Positions 22,290-31,516 of a stretch of DNA of 64,000 bases are shown here, one piece after another (position 1 is the first letter of the stretch; every line of letters starts with the position of its first letter). Both the position numbers and the translations under genes were made by a program. Origin of the DNA: Escherichia phage JK1; sequence record MZ436830.1. One strand, written 5' to 3'. The notes beneath the pieces are model-generated. The model had not been told where the DNA came from. It was given only the letters and a program-made list of their open reading frames with translations, and searched no databases.

Positions 22290-24346
22290 TACATCTTGAA
22301 CTTTTTAGACATTCCGTTGATGTTAACCAAAGAAGCCAAGATTTGAGAAACTTCGTTTTCCTCTTCTTTTGATTCTTCTACAAGGAATTGATTAAATCCA
22401 GCCATTGGACGAACTTCACCAGTTTCCATTAAATGGTCGCCATCATATACTGATTCTTCTAATTGTTCAGAAGGAGGAACGATTGTACCTTCTATTAGAT
22501 ACTTGTTATAAGCAGTTTCTTTCATAAAGTACGTGCTCACTTTATTAATCTTCAGTAAAATTCCACGCGGTAGAATAACTTCAGCTTCTGATGGAAATCC
22601 TGATAAATGACCTGGAACGATAACTTTGATTCGCTCAGCTCCTTTAATTACCATACCCACGCTAGTTTCAGCATCTTCATTAGCATATGTAGAATGACTA
22701 CCCATATGCATCAAATCTTCTGCATCAACGGAACCTTCTCCTTCACCAGAAAATACTGCGCCGGAATCATCTAGAGCCATATAGTTTTTACCATGCTCAC
22801 CGAAGATATTTGGTTTAAGCGATGTGGATACGAAGTTCTTGAAATAGAACATTTTATTTTCAATGTTATGACGCAAAGTTTTAAAGGTAACTTCTTGCCC
22901 ACGATAAAGAGTAGTTCCTGGAGGAAGAACAGAACCTTTAGCAAATGCAGAATCCAACGTCTCGATGTGTTTAATAGCTCGTTCCATATATTCTTCACGG
23001 GTAGAATCAGGTTTACCTAAAAGGAACGAGTTCATTTCAACATATGAATCTGCACAATAATCTTCAATTACATCAGATTCAGCTTGGGTTAATCCTTTTG
23101 GAGTTACTTCGGTGCTTGCGTATTCATATGCCTGAGCAGCAGATTCATTAATCAATTTATAAATGCCATTCATTACAAATTGAATAATAGCTGTCTTTTC
23201 ATCTGGCGTAGCTTTAGAACCTTTAACCAAATCATTGATAATTTTCTTAATAACATCAAAGCTATTAGAAATATTAATGTCAGCAAGATCGCTTAAAATT
23301 TTATCAGTTTTATAATCAAAGAATTCTTTATTCTTTAAATATTCTTGAGAACCTTGATATGTTATATCGCTCTGCAACTTGATGGATGGATCACGTAAAC
23401 GTGCATGGGCTAATGCAATATGATTTCGGAAACTTTCTAGTTCATAATCGTTAGATTTAAAACGAGAAGCACTCCTCATACCACCGATAGCTCCTTTGCT
23501 GAAGTTTGAACCAATCTGAATAACGCCAGAGTTCATTGGTCCTTCTGCTTTATATACCGGAACTTTAGATTCAAACTCTTGATATTTCTTAGCAGCGAAG
23601 CTATCACCCTGAAGTGAAGCATCAACAGTAGAATATTGAGCTTGTGCTGCTAATCGACGACTAATTTTAGTTTTCTGAATAACAGCTTGATCCGTGCGCT
23701 TATCATTTTCTAAAGCAATAGAAGCAGCGACAGCGACAGCTTTAGGAACAGCATTACCTGTTTTAACGTCTACATAAACATCACCAACCTTTGATTCAAC
23801 TTTTGTGAATAACTCAGTTGAAATAGGAGGTACACCTGGAATGTCTTCTAAATTGGCATTTTTACGGTAAACCATAATATATGCATATTTCTTATCATAG
23901 TCCCAGATTTCCTTTAAAAGAACATATCGACCTGCTCCTTTAGTACGTACTAAACGGTCAGCAATAACTTGCATTTGACGAGCTGCGCCATTTGTTTTAC
24001 TTTTTAGTACGCGGAATAGGCATGCGTCGATTTTATACTGTTTCATTGTTTGAAGAGCAGTATCAAAAACAGCATTAATGACGCCAATTGGATTTCCACC
24101 CAAGTTTCTAAGCTTGACTAACGATAATTTCTCGTTGACACCTATCATTACGATATGCATCATTTTGTCGCCTGGCTTAACGTTTTTATTCGTATCACCG
24201 CCAGAGGTGTATGTACAAAATCTAAATCCAGGAAGAACGCTTTCTTCACCGGCTTGAATAGCAAAAATTTGTGGTATTTTATGCTTAGGATTTAAGTTAA
24301 CAACCGGCGCCGAAGCGCCGTCAAATAATTCTGTAATAAGTTCCAT
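22289..24346 (-). CDS. Alt-family ADP-ribosyltransferase, paralog A
   Basis: 685 aa; N-terminus MELITELFD...; C-terminal R-S-EXE-like motifs (YRGQ, FVSTSL, SEAEVILPRG) and YDGDHLMETGEV tail. Confidence 0.85.
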   Translation of the reverse strand: MELITELFDGASAPVVNLNPKHKIPQIFAIQAGEESVLPGFRFCTYTSGGDTNKNVKPGDKMMHIVMIGVNEKLSLVKLRNLGGNPIGVINAVFDTALQTMKQYKIDACLFRVLKSKTNGAARQMQVIADRLVRTKGAGRYVLLKEIWDYDKKYAYIMVYRKNANLEDIPGVPPISTELFTKVESKVGDVYVDVKTGNAVPKAVAVAASIALENDKRTDQAVIQKTKISRRLAAQAQYSTVDASLQGDSFAAKKYQEFESKVPVYKAEGPMNSGVIQIGSNFSKGAIGGMRSASRFKSNDYELESFRNHIALAHARLRDPSIKLQSDITYQGSQEYLKNKEFFDYKTDKILSDLADINISNSFDVIKKIINDLVKGSKATPDEKTAIIQFVMNGIYKLINESAAQAYEYASTEVTPKGLTQAESDVIEDYCADSYVEMNSFLLGKPDSTREEYMERAIKHIETLDSAFAKGSVLPPGTTLYRGQEVTFKTLRHNIENKMFYFKNFVSTSLKPNIFGEHGKNYMALDDSGAVFSGEGEGSVDAEDLMHMGSHSTYANEDAETSVGMVIKGAERIKVIVPGHLSGFPSEAEVILPRGILLKINKVSTYFMKETAYNKYLIEGTIVPPSEQLEESVYDGDHLMETGEVRPMAGFNQFLVEESKEEENEVSQILASLVNINGMSKKFKM

Positions 24347-24349
24347 GAT

Positions 24350-26446
24350 TTATCCTTGAACGAACTTGTAAGGCATGTTTGTAATATCTATGCAAGACGC
24401 AATAATTCCAAGAGATGATTCTACTTTCTGTTTAACGTTTGATGAAACAAATGATGCAAAGTCAACTTTGTCTTCTATTTCAATATCACCTGTCATTGCA
24501 ACTACTTCGCCGGTTTCCATTAGATGGTCACCGTCATAAATTACCGATTCGGTGAGTTCTTCTGTGGTCATAACTTCAGCTTGAATAAGTTTTGTATTAT
24601 TAGATGTTGTTCCGTCATTATTAGAAGCATCAGTTATTTTATTAACTTTAACCATCAATCCGCGCGGTAGAATAACTTCAGCTTCTGTTGCTATTCCTAG
24701 ACTTCCTGGATATACAACATTAACTTTATGTGCGCCGTCAATTGCCCATCCTATTTGAACTTTAACGTATTCAGGATTTTCTTTATACGCTCTTATTTCG
24801 TTTGGATTAATAGTTATTCCTTCTTCATTTTTATCAACTGTTAATTCATTGCGAGCTTCTGGTTCTAAAAGACCAATACCAGCATGTGTAATTCCAAAAC
24901 GTCCAAAAATGATAGGAGTTAAAGAAGTAGATACAAAATTTCTGAAGTAGAACACTTTATTTTTAACTAACGCTTCATATATAGGAGCAGTCATACTTTG
25001 AGCACGATAAACTGTAATGCCTTCTGGTATACGGTCACCATTTTCAAAAGCTGAATCTAAGTTATTTATAGCAGATTCAATTTCTTTTTCACTCATTACA
25101 TCATATCGTTCTGGATTGTAACGACCTAAAAGAAGATTATTGATGTCAGTATATCCTGAACCGCAATATTCTCTAATGCCACGCTTTTGTGATGGAGTAT
25201 ATTTAGAACCATCGCGGGCAATAGTAATATCAATCATTGGACCAGCACCAATTCCAGAAAAACTGTAAATCATTCGTTTGAGGAATTTAGTTTTTGCTGC
25301 GTTCCAGGAATTTTTAGTTATTTCTTCCCAGACTTCATCTGGTTGTCCTTTACGATTTTTATTATGATTAGCAAGCCATTTATCTTTATAATCTTCAAAG
25401 AATTGATTTACAGCTGCTGCGTATTTCTCTAAACATTTTATTGAAGTAGTTGGTTCATTTTTAATTGCATTAAAAATTACTTCTTTAATTTTTTCTGAAA
25501 CTTCACCGACTTGACTCATTGGAAAGAATTTATAATCATAGTGAAGTTCATCTGCCGTTCCTTCAGCAATAATTTTTGCTGCCTTTGTTTTAGAAGCTAA
25601 TGAATTAATTCCAATTTTCATTTCTTCTGCTTCGGGAATTAAAGGTGCAGTAGCTGGTTTATTAAAATTAGCTGCTGTAGATTCATACTTCTGGAATAAT
25701 TCACTTTCAAATCTAGAAGATTCCAATGACTGACTTTGTGCAATTGCTCTACGGGAAATTTTAACTTTAACGATTACAGCTTGGTCAGAACGTTTATCGT
25801 TTTCTTGCGCAATAGATGCTGCAATTGCCTCATTTTTAGTTACTTGGGCTCCAGTATCTTTATTGATATAAACATCACCAACCTTCGATTCAACCTTAGT
25901 AAAGAGTTCAGTACTAATTTCTGGAACTCCTGGAATGTCTTCTAGTGATACGTTTTTACGATGTATAAGAATATATGCATACTTTTTATCGTAATCCCAG
26001 AGTTCCTTAAGAAGGACGTATCTGCCACCTGAACGACTACGGATAAGTCTATCAGCAATAACTTGAATTTGTCGAGCTTGACCAGCGGTTTTAGACTTAA
26101 GAATACGAAGCATACAAGCATCAATTTTATATTGACGCATTGTTTGCATTGCAACAGTAAAAACTGAATTGATATAATTAATTGGGCTTGGACCAAGACC
26201 TTTCAATTTAGCAATTGAACCTTTAGCAGTTAATGTAAAAGGAACAATATGCATCATTTTGTCGCCCATTTTTAAATCACGATTAGTATCACCTCCAGAT
26301 GTATAGGTACATAAACGAAAGCCTGGTTGTTCAATTGCATCATCAACATGAACTGAAAAAATTTGTGGTATTTTCTTCTTTGGATTTAAGTTTGTAATCG
26401 GAAGAGTAGTATCTTCGTCAAATAATTCTGTAATGAGTTCCATCAT
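24350..26446 (-). CDS. alt: Alt-family ADP-ribosyltransferase, paralog B
   Basis: 698 aa; N-terminus MMELITELFDEDTT...; motifs YRAQ, FVSTSL, TEAEVILPRG; late promoter at 26467-26474; which copy is the T4 alt ortholog is not settled. Confidence 0.85.
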   Translation of the reverse strand: MMELITELFDEDTTLPITNLNPKKKIPQIFSVHVDDAIEQPGFRLCTYTSGGDTNRDLKMGDKMMHIVPFTLTAKGSIAKLKGLGPSPINYINSVFTVAMQTMRQYKIDACMLRILKSKTAGQARQIQVIADRLIRSRSGGRYVLLKELWDYDKKYAYILIHRKNVSLEDIPGVPEISTELFTKVESKVGDVYINKDTGAQVTKNEAIAASIAQENDKRSDQAVIVKVKISRRAIAQSQSLESSRFESELFQKYESTAANFNKPATAPLIPEAEEMKIGINSLASKTKAAKIIAEGTADELHYDYKFFPMSQVGEVSEKIKEVIFNAIKNEPTTSIKCLEKYAAAVNQFFEDYKDKWLANHNKNRKGQPDEVWEEITKNSWNAAKTKFLKRMIYSFSGIGAGPMIDITIARDGSKYTPSQKRGIREYCGSGYTDINNLLLGRYNPERYDVMSEKEIESAINNLDSAFENGDRIPEGITVYRAQSMTAPIYEALVKNKVFYFRNFVSTSLTPIIFGRFGITHAGIGLLEPEARNELTVDKNEEGITINPNEIRAYKENPEYVKVQIGWAIDGAHKVNVVYPGSLGIATEAEVILPRGLMVKVNKITDASNNDGTTSNNTKLIQAEVMTTEELTESVIYDGDHLMETGEVVAMTGDIEIEDKVDFASFVSSNVKQKVESSLGIIASCIDITNMPYKFVQG

Positions 26447-26466
26447 ATCCTCTCTAGTGTTTATTC

Positions 26467-26474
26467 TATTTATA
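26467..26474 (-). promoter_or_regulatory. Late promoter TATAAATA (Alt paralog B, minus strand)
   Basis: Plus-strand TATTTATA 21 nt upstream of the ATG at 26446; preceded by a terminator hairpin. Confidence 0.6.
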
Positions 26475-26481
26475 AAATTAA

Positions 26482-26495
26482 AGGCCCGAAGGCCT
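26482..26495 (-). terminator. Terminator hairpin upstream of the Alt-B late promoter (minus strand)
   Basis: AGGCC-TTCG-GGCCT hairpin followed on the minus strand by a U-rich tract. Confidence 0.5.
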
Positions 26496-26684
26496 TTAAT
26501 AATCTATTGGTAAGAGAGTACGATATATTTCAAACTTTGGACCTTTTTCATAGGCATCAAATGTTTCTGTGAATTTATTATAAGCATATGCATCTATAAA
26601 TTCAATCATGATTTGTGATACAGAAGTAGAAACATCTCCACCTTCTTTTTGAGCCACGACAATTGTTTCTAAGTAAGCTTTCAT
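26496..26684 (-). CDS. Hypothetical small protein
   Basis: 62 aa ORF; 4-nt overlap with gene 30 stop. Confidence 0.5.
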   Translation of the reverse strand: MKAYLETIVVAQKEGGDVSTSVSQIMIEFIDAYAYNKFTETFDAYEKGPKFEIYRTLLPIDY

Positions 26685-28144
26685 AGACCAGTTACCTCAT
26701 GAAAATCACCAAATACATCTTCGAATGTATTAGCTTTAGTTTTATCTTCACGCAAACGAATCGCAATTGGAAGAAATAATTTAACGTAATCAGTGCGGCC
26801 ATCGGATTTTAACCAACCGTTGCATTCGCACTCTAGAATTTTTCCAATATAATAATTTTGGTTTTCCATAATGCGAGTACGGTCAAGTTCATGTGATTTT
26901 ACGCCGGCTTTATCTTTTAAGCCTGAACCGGCATTTACCTTAATTTTTCCACACTCTGACTCAAGAATAAATCCACCTGCTTTAGTAGGGTCTTTACGGT
27001 GAGGATAAATTCCTACAATTTTTAAATCAACATCAATTACTTCTTTAAATTTATAGAGATTTTTTGAACGAGCATTTTCCCATAATCCATCGATATTTTT
27101 GAGAATAATACCTTCAAGACCTTGATCAATATACTTTTTGTAAATTACCTTAGCTTCATCTAGGTTATTTACTACTTGGTTTTCAATTAAAATTACTTTA
27201 TCATAGCCTGATGTCATTTGTTCTAGTTTAGAAAAACGTACATCATACTTTAAACGAAATGCAGGAAGACCATATATTTCTACTAATGGAACATAATCCC
27301 AGACCTGAAACTTCATGCATTGTGCTTCTTTTTCGGAAATGGTTCCCTTTAAAGATTTATTAGCGATTCCATTAGAAGTAGTACGTGATTCAGCTACTTC
27401 GGCGAATTCTTTAGCTTTACTAATTTCAGGATAAGCATCAAAAAGAAAATCTAGGCCTTCTGGCTCCTTTTTAACTTGCTCATGGTATACCAATTCGCCA
27501 TCAATTAACACACCTTCTGGATGAATCTGGCGGGCTTCAGCGGTCATTTTGATTAACTCTTCCTTAAGAAGATCTAATCCTAGATATTCATTACCAGCTC
27601 GTGATAAAAGACGGACATCATCTAATTCATCACCTCTAACTTCAGCAAAACACCGAGCTCCATCTGCTTTTAATTGTGCAAAGGCTGGAAATTTGATATT
27701 CTTACTAATGCCTTTTTCATCATAAGAACTTGCGAGCATTTGAGGTTGTTCAGGAATTAAACCTGGCCAAACTTTGTTTGCAATAGATACTGAAGCACCA
27801 CATTCAAGGTCTCGCATCATCACTCGACGCAAAACTTCAACATCATCTTTTTTACCATCGGTGATATATCCAGTTAATTCCTCAATTGCCGCATTTCCAG
27901 TCAATTTCCGAGTAGCTAACGTGAATTCAATGAAGTCAAGCATATCGGTAAGAGTCAACATTCCAAAACTCTGGGTAGCAATACCAGGTTTAGGCCATTT
28001 CTTGATATAATACTGTAACCCACGAGAATAAGTCAGACGATATACTCGTTTAAGCAATTCATTATCTTTATTCTTTTCAAGAATTGCTTGCTTCTGCTTA
28101 GTTGAACCAATAGATGCTATTTCGTTCAGAATTTTAAGAATCAT
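26681..28144 (-). CDS. 30: ATP-dependent DNA ligase gp30
   Basis: 487 aa ORF with ligase motif I lysine context (QLKADGARCF); length equals recalled T4 ligase. Confidence 0.93.
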   Translation of the reverse strand: MILKILNEIASIGSTKQKQAILEKNKDNELLKRVYRLTYSRGLQYYIKKWPKPGIATQSFGMLTLTDMLDFIEFTLATRKLTGNAAIEELTGYITDGKKDDVEVLRRVMMRDLECGASVSIANKVWPGLIPEQPQMLASSYDEKGISKNIKFPAFAQLKADGARCFAEVRGDELDDVRLLSRAGNEYLGLDLLKEELIKMTAEARQIHPEGVLIDGELVYHEQVKKEPEGLDFLFDAYPEISKAKEFAEVAESRTTSNGIANKSLKGTISEKEAQCMKFQVWDYVPLVEIYGLPAFRLKYDVRFSKLEQMTSGYDKVILIENQVVNNLDEAKVIYKKYIDQGLEGIILKNIDGLWENARSKNLYKFKEVIDVDLKIVGIYPHRKDPTKAGGFILESECGKIKVNAGSGLKDKAGVKSHELDRTRIMENQNYYIGKILECECNGWLKSDGRTDYVKLFLPIAIRLREDKTKANTFEDVFGDFHEVTGL

Positions 28145-28410
28145 TGTTCATCCTTTAGAGTTTGGTTTACAGCTCTATTATAAATCAATTCATCATTAAG
28201 CTCAGTCAAAGACCTGTGGTACGTTGTTCTAACTTTATTTCCTTGCATCCAGTGCTTGACGTAAATGAAACCTTGCTCTACACATTTTTTAAAAATTCGT
28301 TCGTCTTTTTGAGCTCGGAATTCTGGATTGCATCTAAAAAATTGATTTACGTGACCGTAATCACGTGTAGTATTACCTTCATTTTCATAAATAGTGTGAA
28401 CGACAAACAT
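28141..28410 (-). CDS. Hypothetical protein (30.x cluster)
   Basis: 89 aa ORF; 4-nt overlap with gene 30 start. Confidence 0.6.
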   Translation of the reverse strand: MFVVHTIYENEGNTTRDYGHVNQFFRCNPEFRAQKDERIFKKCVEQGFIYVKHWMQGNKVRTTYHRSLTELNDELIYNRAVNQTLKDEQ

Positions 28411-29249
28411 TAGAATGCTCCTTGGAAAATATTATCACCACTAGTAGGTCTATTATACAAATACTCTATGCCACCAGGTTTAATATAGTTCCATGTCTGA
28501 AACGGATGTGTCTGATATGGATGATATAGATGATTATAAGGATTAAATCCAGGAGTTCTCCAGGTAGTGTTCCAAGGAAAAGAATCGTTTTTGATCATCT
28601 TCTCAATTACATCTTTTATAAATTTTTCACTATCAAAACTTTCTTTATTTTCCTTCGATGGAAAAAGCTTATTCTCTACATCATTCCATGTATAAACTCG
28701 CTGTGCAGTTTTTGGAATACTGTCACGCTCTCCTCGAGCCATCCAATAAACTGGAACATTTAATATTTCACTCGCATGATCGCAGTGGTGAGCGAGATCG
28801 TCAATATAACAAATTACGTTATATTTCTCTTTTGCCTTTTTGAACAACTCTTCTTTTGAAGAATCATGGCCACACATCAATACTTCTGAGAAGGCACCAG
28901 GAAAAAGAGCATTCAAATTAAATTGACGATTCAGCAGAGCGTCAATAGAATCACCCAATGCTGTAACAGCTACAAAATTATAATCTTCTTTTAATTTGTT
29001 AATTACACACAGAGCATCTTTATATGGAGACAAGTAACGAATAAAATCTGAACGATTATATTTTTCAATTAACTTGACACCAAGTTCTTCATCGCAATTA
29101 AAGAGCTTACCAGGAGAAATAAATTTTTCGTCCTGAATCATTTTTAAAATATGTTCTAATGGAAGATTATATTTTTGGGCAAAATAAGGAAGACCTGATT
29201 GCCAGCTTAAACATACACCATCAATATCAGTCAAAATAGTAGGCTTCAT
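28410..29249 (-). CDS. HAD-like hydrolase candidate (30.x cluster)
   Basis: 279 aa ORF; N-terminal DIDGV (HAD motif I-like) and a later YIDD segment. Confidence 0.55.
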   Translation of the reverse strand: MKPTILTDIDGVCLSWQSGLPYFAQKYNLPLEHILKMIQDEKFISPGKLFNCDEELGVKLIEKYNRSDFIRYLSPYKDALCVINKLKEDYNFVAVTALGDSIDALLNRQFNLNALFPGAFSEVLMCGHDSSKEELFKKAKEKYNVICYIDDLAHHCDHASEILNVPVYWMARGERDSIPKTAQRVYTWNDVENKLFPSKENKESFDSEKFIKDVIEKMIKNDSFPWNTTWRTPGFNPYNHLYHPYQTHPFQTWNYIKPGGIEYLYNRPTSGDNIFQGAF

Positions 29250-29710
29250 AGAGAGTCTCTTAGTAGGTTTAACACATCAATAAATTCAGCTTCGGTTAGT
29301 ATTGTATCATCTTTTGTTAGACCACTAGCCATGCTGTGCTTCAAAACTTTTCCTTTCGAGGCTTGTAATGCATCACGAAAGCCCTTGTTTTGGATCGCTG
29401 CTTCAAAATATGCATTTGTGTATAATTCTTTCCACGCCGGGGAGTATCTTGAAAACGGAACTCCGAGCCAGAAGAGGGTCCCACGGTCCTGAGCTCTTGC
29501 ATAAGACCTTCCAGCTTGCTGTGCGGCAAGCCCGGATAACCCAAATATACGACGTTGTTGTTCAACATTTTTCACCTTGCACCCTTGGAGGAATCCTTCA
29601 AGACCTCCAAATTGAATACCATCCATAACGAAAGGCCATTTGGCGAAATTACTTAATGCACATGATGGCCACCTAAAATTGCTTCTAATCTCTAACTCAG
29701 ACATTTTCAA
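29246..29710 (-). CDS. NADAR (YbiA-like) domain protein
   Basis: 154 aa ORF; SNFAKWPFVMDG...QGCKV... resembles the recalled core of E. coli YbiA-type NADAR proteins. Confidence 0.65.
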   Translation of the reverse strand: MKMSELEIRSNFRWPSCALSNFAKWPFVMDGIQFGGLEGFLQGCKVKNVEQQRRIFGLSGLAAQQAGRSYARAQDRGTLFWLGVPFSRYSPAWKELYTNAYFEAAIQNKGFRDALQASKGKVLKHSMASGLTKDDTILTEAEFIDVLNLLRDSL

Positions 29711-29903
29711 TGCTTATAATTTCAACATCAGCCCAATGACCATAGCAAGGAAGACGAAATTCAACTGGCCAGTTAGGGTCCTTTTCTAATATAATAGACT
29801 TAACTTGTGGTTCTTCATGTTCATCAGTATATGGATTTTTATCTGTTACTTTATATGTGACCTTAATGTACTGAATTCCAAAAATCTTATTAATTATATT
29901 CAT
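29697..29903 (-). CDS. Hypothetical small protein (30.x cluster)
   Basis: 68 aa ORF; overlaps neighbours at both ends. Confidence 0.5.
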   Translation of the reverse strand: MNIINKIFGIQYIKVTYKVTDKNPYTDEHEEPQVKSIILEKDPNWPVEFRLPCYGHWADVEIISIENV

Positions 29904-30097
29904 ACTAGTTCCTTTAATCCGTAAATAGGAGATAATTCATCACCCATACGAAGGTCTTCATTTCCATCTACCCAGGAAACAATATAAGCCTCTTTTATTT
30001 GAACACCACTCCATTTAAATGGAGGTAGAACCTTAGAAATTAATCCAGGTATACCAACTCCCTTTAATTCAACAGTTTGACCTAAAAAGAATTTCAT
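29900..30097 (-). CDS. Hypothetical small protein (30.x cluster)
   Basis: 65 aa ORF; coupled overlaps. Confidence 0.5.
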   Translation of the reverse strand: MKFFLGQTVELKGVGIPGLISKVLPPFKWSGVQIKEAYIVSWVDGNEDLRMGDELSPIYGLKELV

Positions 30098-30384
30098 TAG
30101 AACCTCATCTGAAAACCGTGCGATTTAACATTACCGCCGCCAATATCAGAAATGTTAATTTCACGCGCAATTGAAGGGTCAATGTCAATTTCGCGATTGA
30201 GTTTAGTGATAGCTAAAGTATCACGCCCATTTACAGTACGGAATTCTAAAGGACAAACCACATCAACGTAATTTTTAATCGATTCACTGGTAGGTTGCAA
30301 ATGAGCAGGAAGGTCTTTGGGCGCCTTTGAGAAAACCACTTCACAGAAATTTTTACGGGTATCAAAATAAGTAGTCATAAACAT
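30097..30384 (-). CDS. Hypothetical protein (30.x cluster)
   Basis: 95 aa ORF; ATG at 30382-30384. Confidence 0.55.
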   Translation of the reverse strand: MFMTTYFDTRKNFCEVVFSKAPKDLPAHLQPTSESIKNYVDVVCPLEFRTVNGRDTLAITKLNREIDIDPSIAREINISDIGGGNVKSHGFQMRF

Positions 30385-30425
30385 GGTATTTTCCTCAGTA
30401 AGGGGCCGAAGCCCCTCATTTTATT

Positions 30426-30791
30426 TTAAATATCAAATTCATTAAGAACTACATCAAAGATTGCTTCGAGATGTTCAGGTTTAGCTCTGTTACTCAGAAT
30501 ATGACGAATCCAAGTTTTAACCAAAAGCTTGCGATTAGCACCATTCCAACAAGGATGAGTCCCTAAATCGCGTTGACGGAAATCATCATCCAGAGCGATT
30601 TTAAAGTTGGAACCTTCCATTGTGATTGAAACCGTGATGCCATTTTCAAATCGCATATAAACGTAATTAGGAGTCATATACTGTTCAATTTCGCATACTG
30701 ATCCATTTTGATGTTTCCAAAGGCAGATAGTATCAATAGAACCTGCAATACCATTAGAAACATATTTACGTTCAAAGTTGATGTAGTTCAT
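30426..30791 (-). CDS. Hypothetical protein (30.x cluster)
   Basis: ORF track start 30803 is TTG; ATG at 30789-30791 (MNYINFERKY) follows GGAGAATAAA; early promoter upstream. Confidence 0.55.
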   Translation of the reverse strand: MNYINFERKYVSNGIAGSIDTICLWKHQNGSVCEIEQYMTPNYVYMRFENGITVSITMEGSNFKIALDDDFRQRDLGTHPCWNGANRKLLVKTWIRHILSNRAKPEHLEAIFDVVLNEFDI

Positions 30792-30826
30792 TTTATTCTC
30801 CAAGATGTTTAATTGCGGTACAGGTA

Positions 30827-30855
30827 TATAATATCATATCCTGTACCAAAGTAAA
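30827..30855 (-). promoter_or_regulatory. Early-type promoter candidate with embedded inverted repeat
   Basis: Minus strand GTTTACT then A/T-rich -10 candidates (TATTAT/ATTATA) at 16-18 bp; 8-bp inverted repeat GGTACAGG/CCTGTACC (30817-30824, 30840-30847) flanks the -10. Confidence 0.4.
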
Positions 30856-30860
30856 CTATT

Positions 30861-31229
30861 TTATGCAACTTTAATCCAATTATCTAAATTTAATTCACCT
30901 TTGGCTTTCATTTTTTCAATCAAGAGGTCAGCGGTAATACGACCATTTTGATACCACGTAACATCTTCAGAGTAACCAGTTTCTTTATCTTCATAAGTCT
31001 CACAACGAATTTTACCAATAATCAAAGTTTTCAATTCGTATGTATCTCCAGTAAAAAAGTTAGTTAACATTATTTTCCAAGAGAAATCATCAGAAGGACC
31101 TTCAGGAGTCATGCAACCTACAAATTCAAATTGTTCTTTGTATAAGTGCCACTGAAGTTCTTTAGTTTCGATAGCTTTATAGCCGTCGTGATCTTTACCT
31201 TTGATGTATGAGTTAAGATTGATTTTCAT
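30861..31229 (-). CDS. Hypothetical protein (30.x cluster)
   Basis: 122 aa ORF; early promoter and GAGGAGAATAAAATG upstream. Confidence 0.55.
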   Translation of the reverse strand: MKINLNSYIKGKDHDGYKAIETKELQWHLYKEQFEFVGCMTPEGPSDDFSWKIMLTNFFTGDTYELKTLIIGKIRCETYEDKETGYSEDVTWYQNGRITADLLIEKMKAKGELNLDNWIKVA

Positions 31230-31256
31230 TTTATTCTCCTTTGTTTGTGTAAGATA

Positions 31257-31285
31257 ATACTATCACAAAGGAACTATACTGTAAA
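31257..31285 (-). promoter_or_regulatory. Early-type promoter candidate
   Basis: Minus strand GTTTACA-17-TAGTAT, 28 nt upstream of ATG 31229, just downstream of a terminator hairpin. Confidence 0.45.
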
Positions 31286-31316
31286 CAACTTTATGCAATC
31301 TTTGGAAAATAAAAAA

Positions 31317-31334
31317 GGACTCCCGAAGGAGTCC
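31317..31334 (-). terminator. Terminator after the small basic protein gene (minus strand)
   Basis: GGACTCC-TTCG-GGAGTCC hairpin followed on the minus strand by TTTTTTATTTT. Confidence 0.65.
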
Positions 31335-31339
31335 TCAAC

Positions 31340-31516
31340 TTATGCTTTCTGCTTACCAAAACGAGAAGCATCATCTCGAAGAACCGCACGTGCTCGACGC
31401 ATGATCTTCTCAACAGTTTGATTAATACGAGAGTTCGACCCACGCTTGTAGCCAGCGCGTTTAGAATCACCAACTTTCTTTTCAACTGCTTTCTTTGCTT
31501 TAGCTTGTTTTGCCAT
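31340..31516 (-). CDS. Small highly basic protein
   Basis: 58 aa from ATG 31514-31516 (MAKQAKAKKAVEKKVGDSKRAGYKRGSNSRINQ...); ORF track extends to 31558; terminator hairpin downstream. Confidence 0.5.
   Translation of the reverse strand: MAKQAKAKKAVEKKVGDSKRAGYKRGSNSRINQTVEKIMRRARAVLRDDASRFGKQKA

Noticed and set aside
22229-22291. The 53-bp repeat as a transposon end or attachment site
   Set aside because: No terminal inverted repeats, target-site duplication or nearby integrase or transposase gene; the content is fully explained as promoter plus leader.
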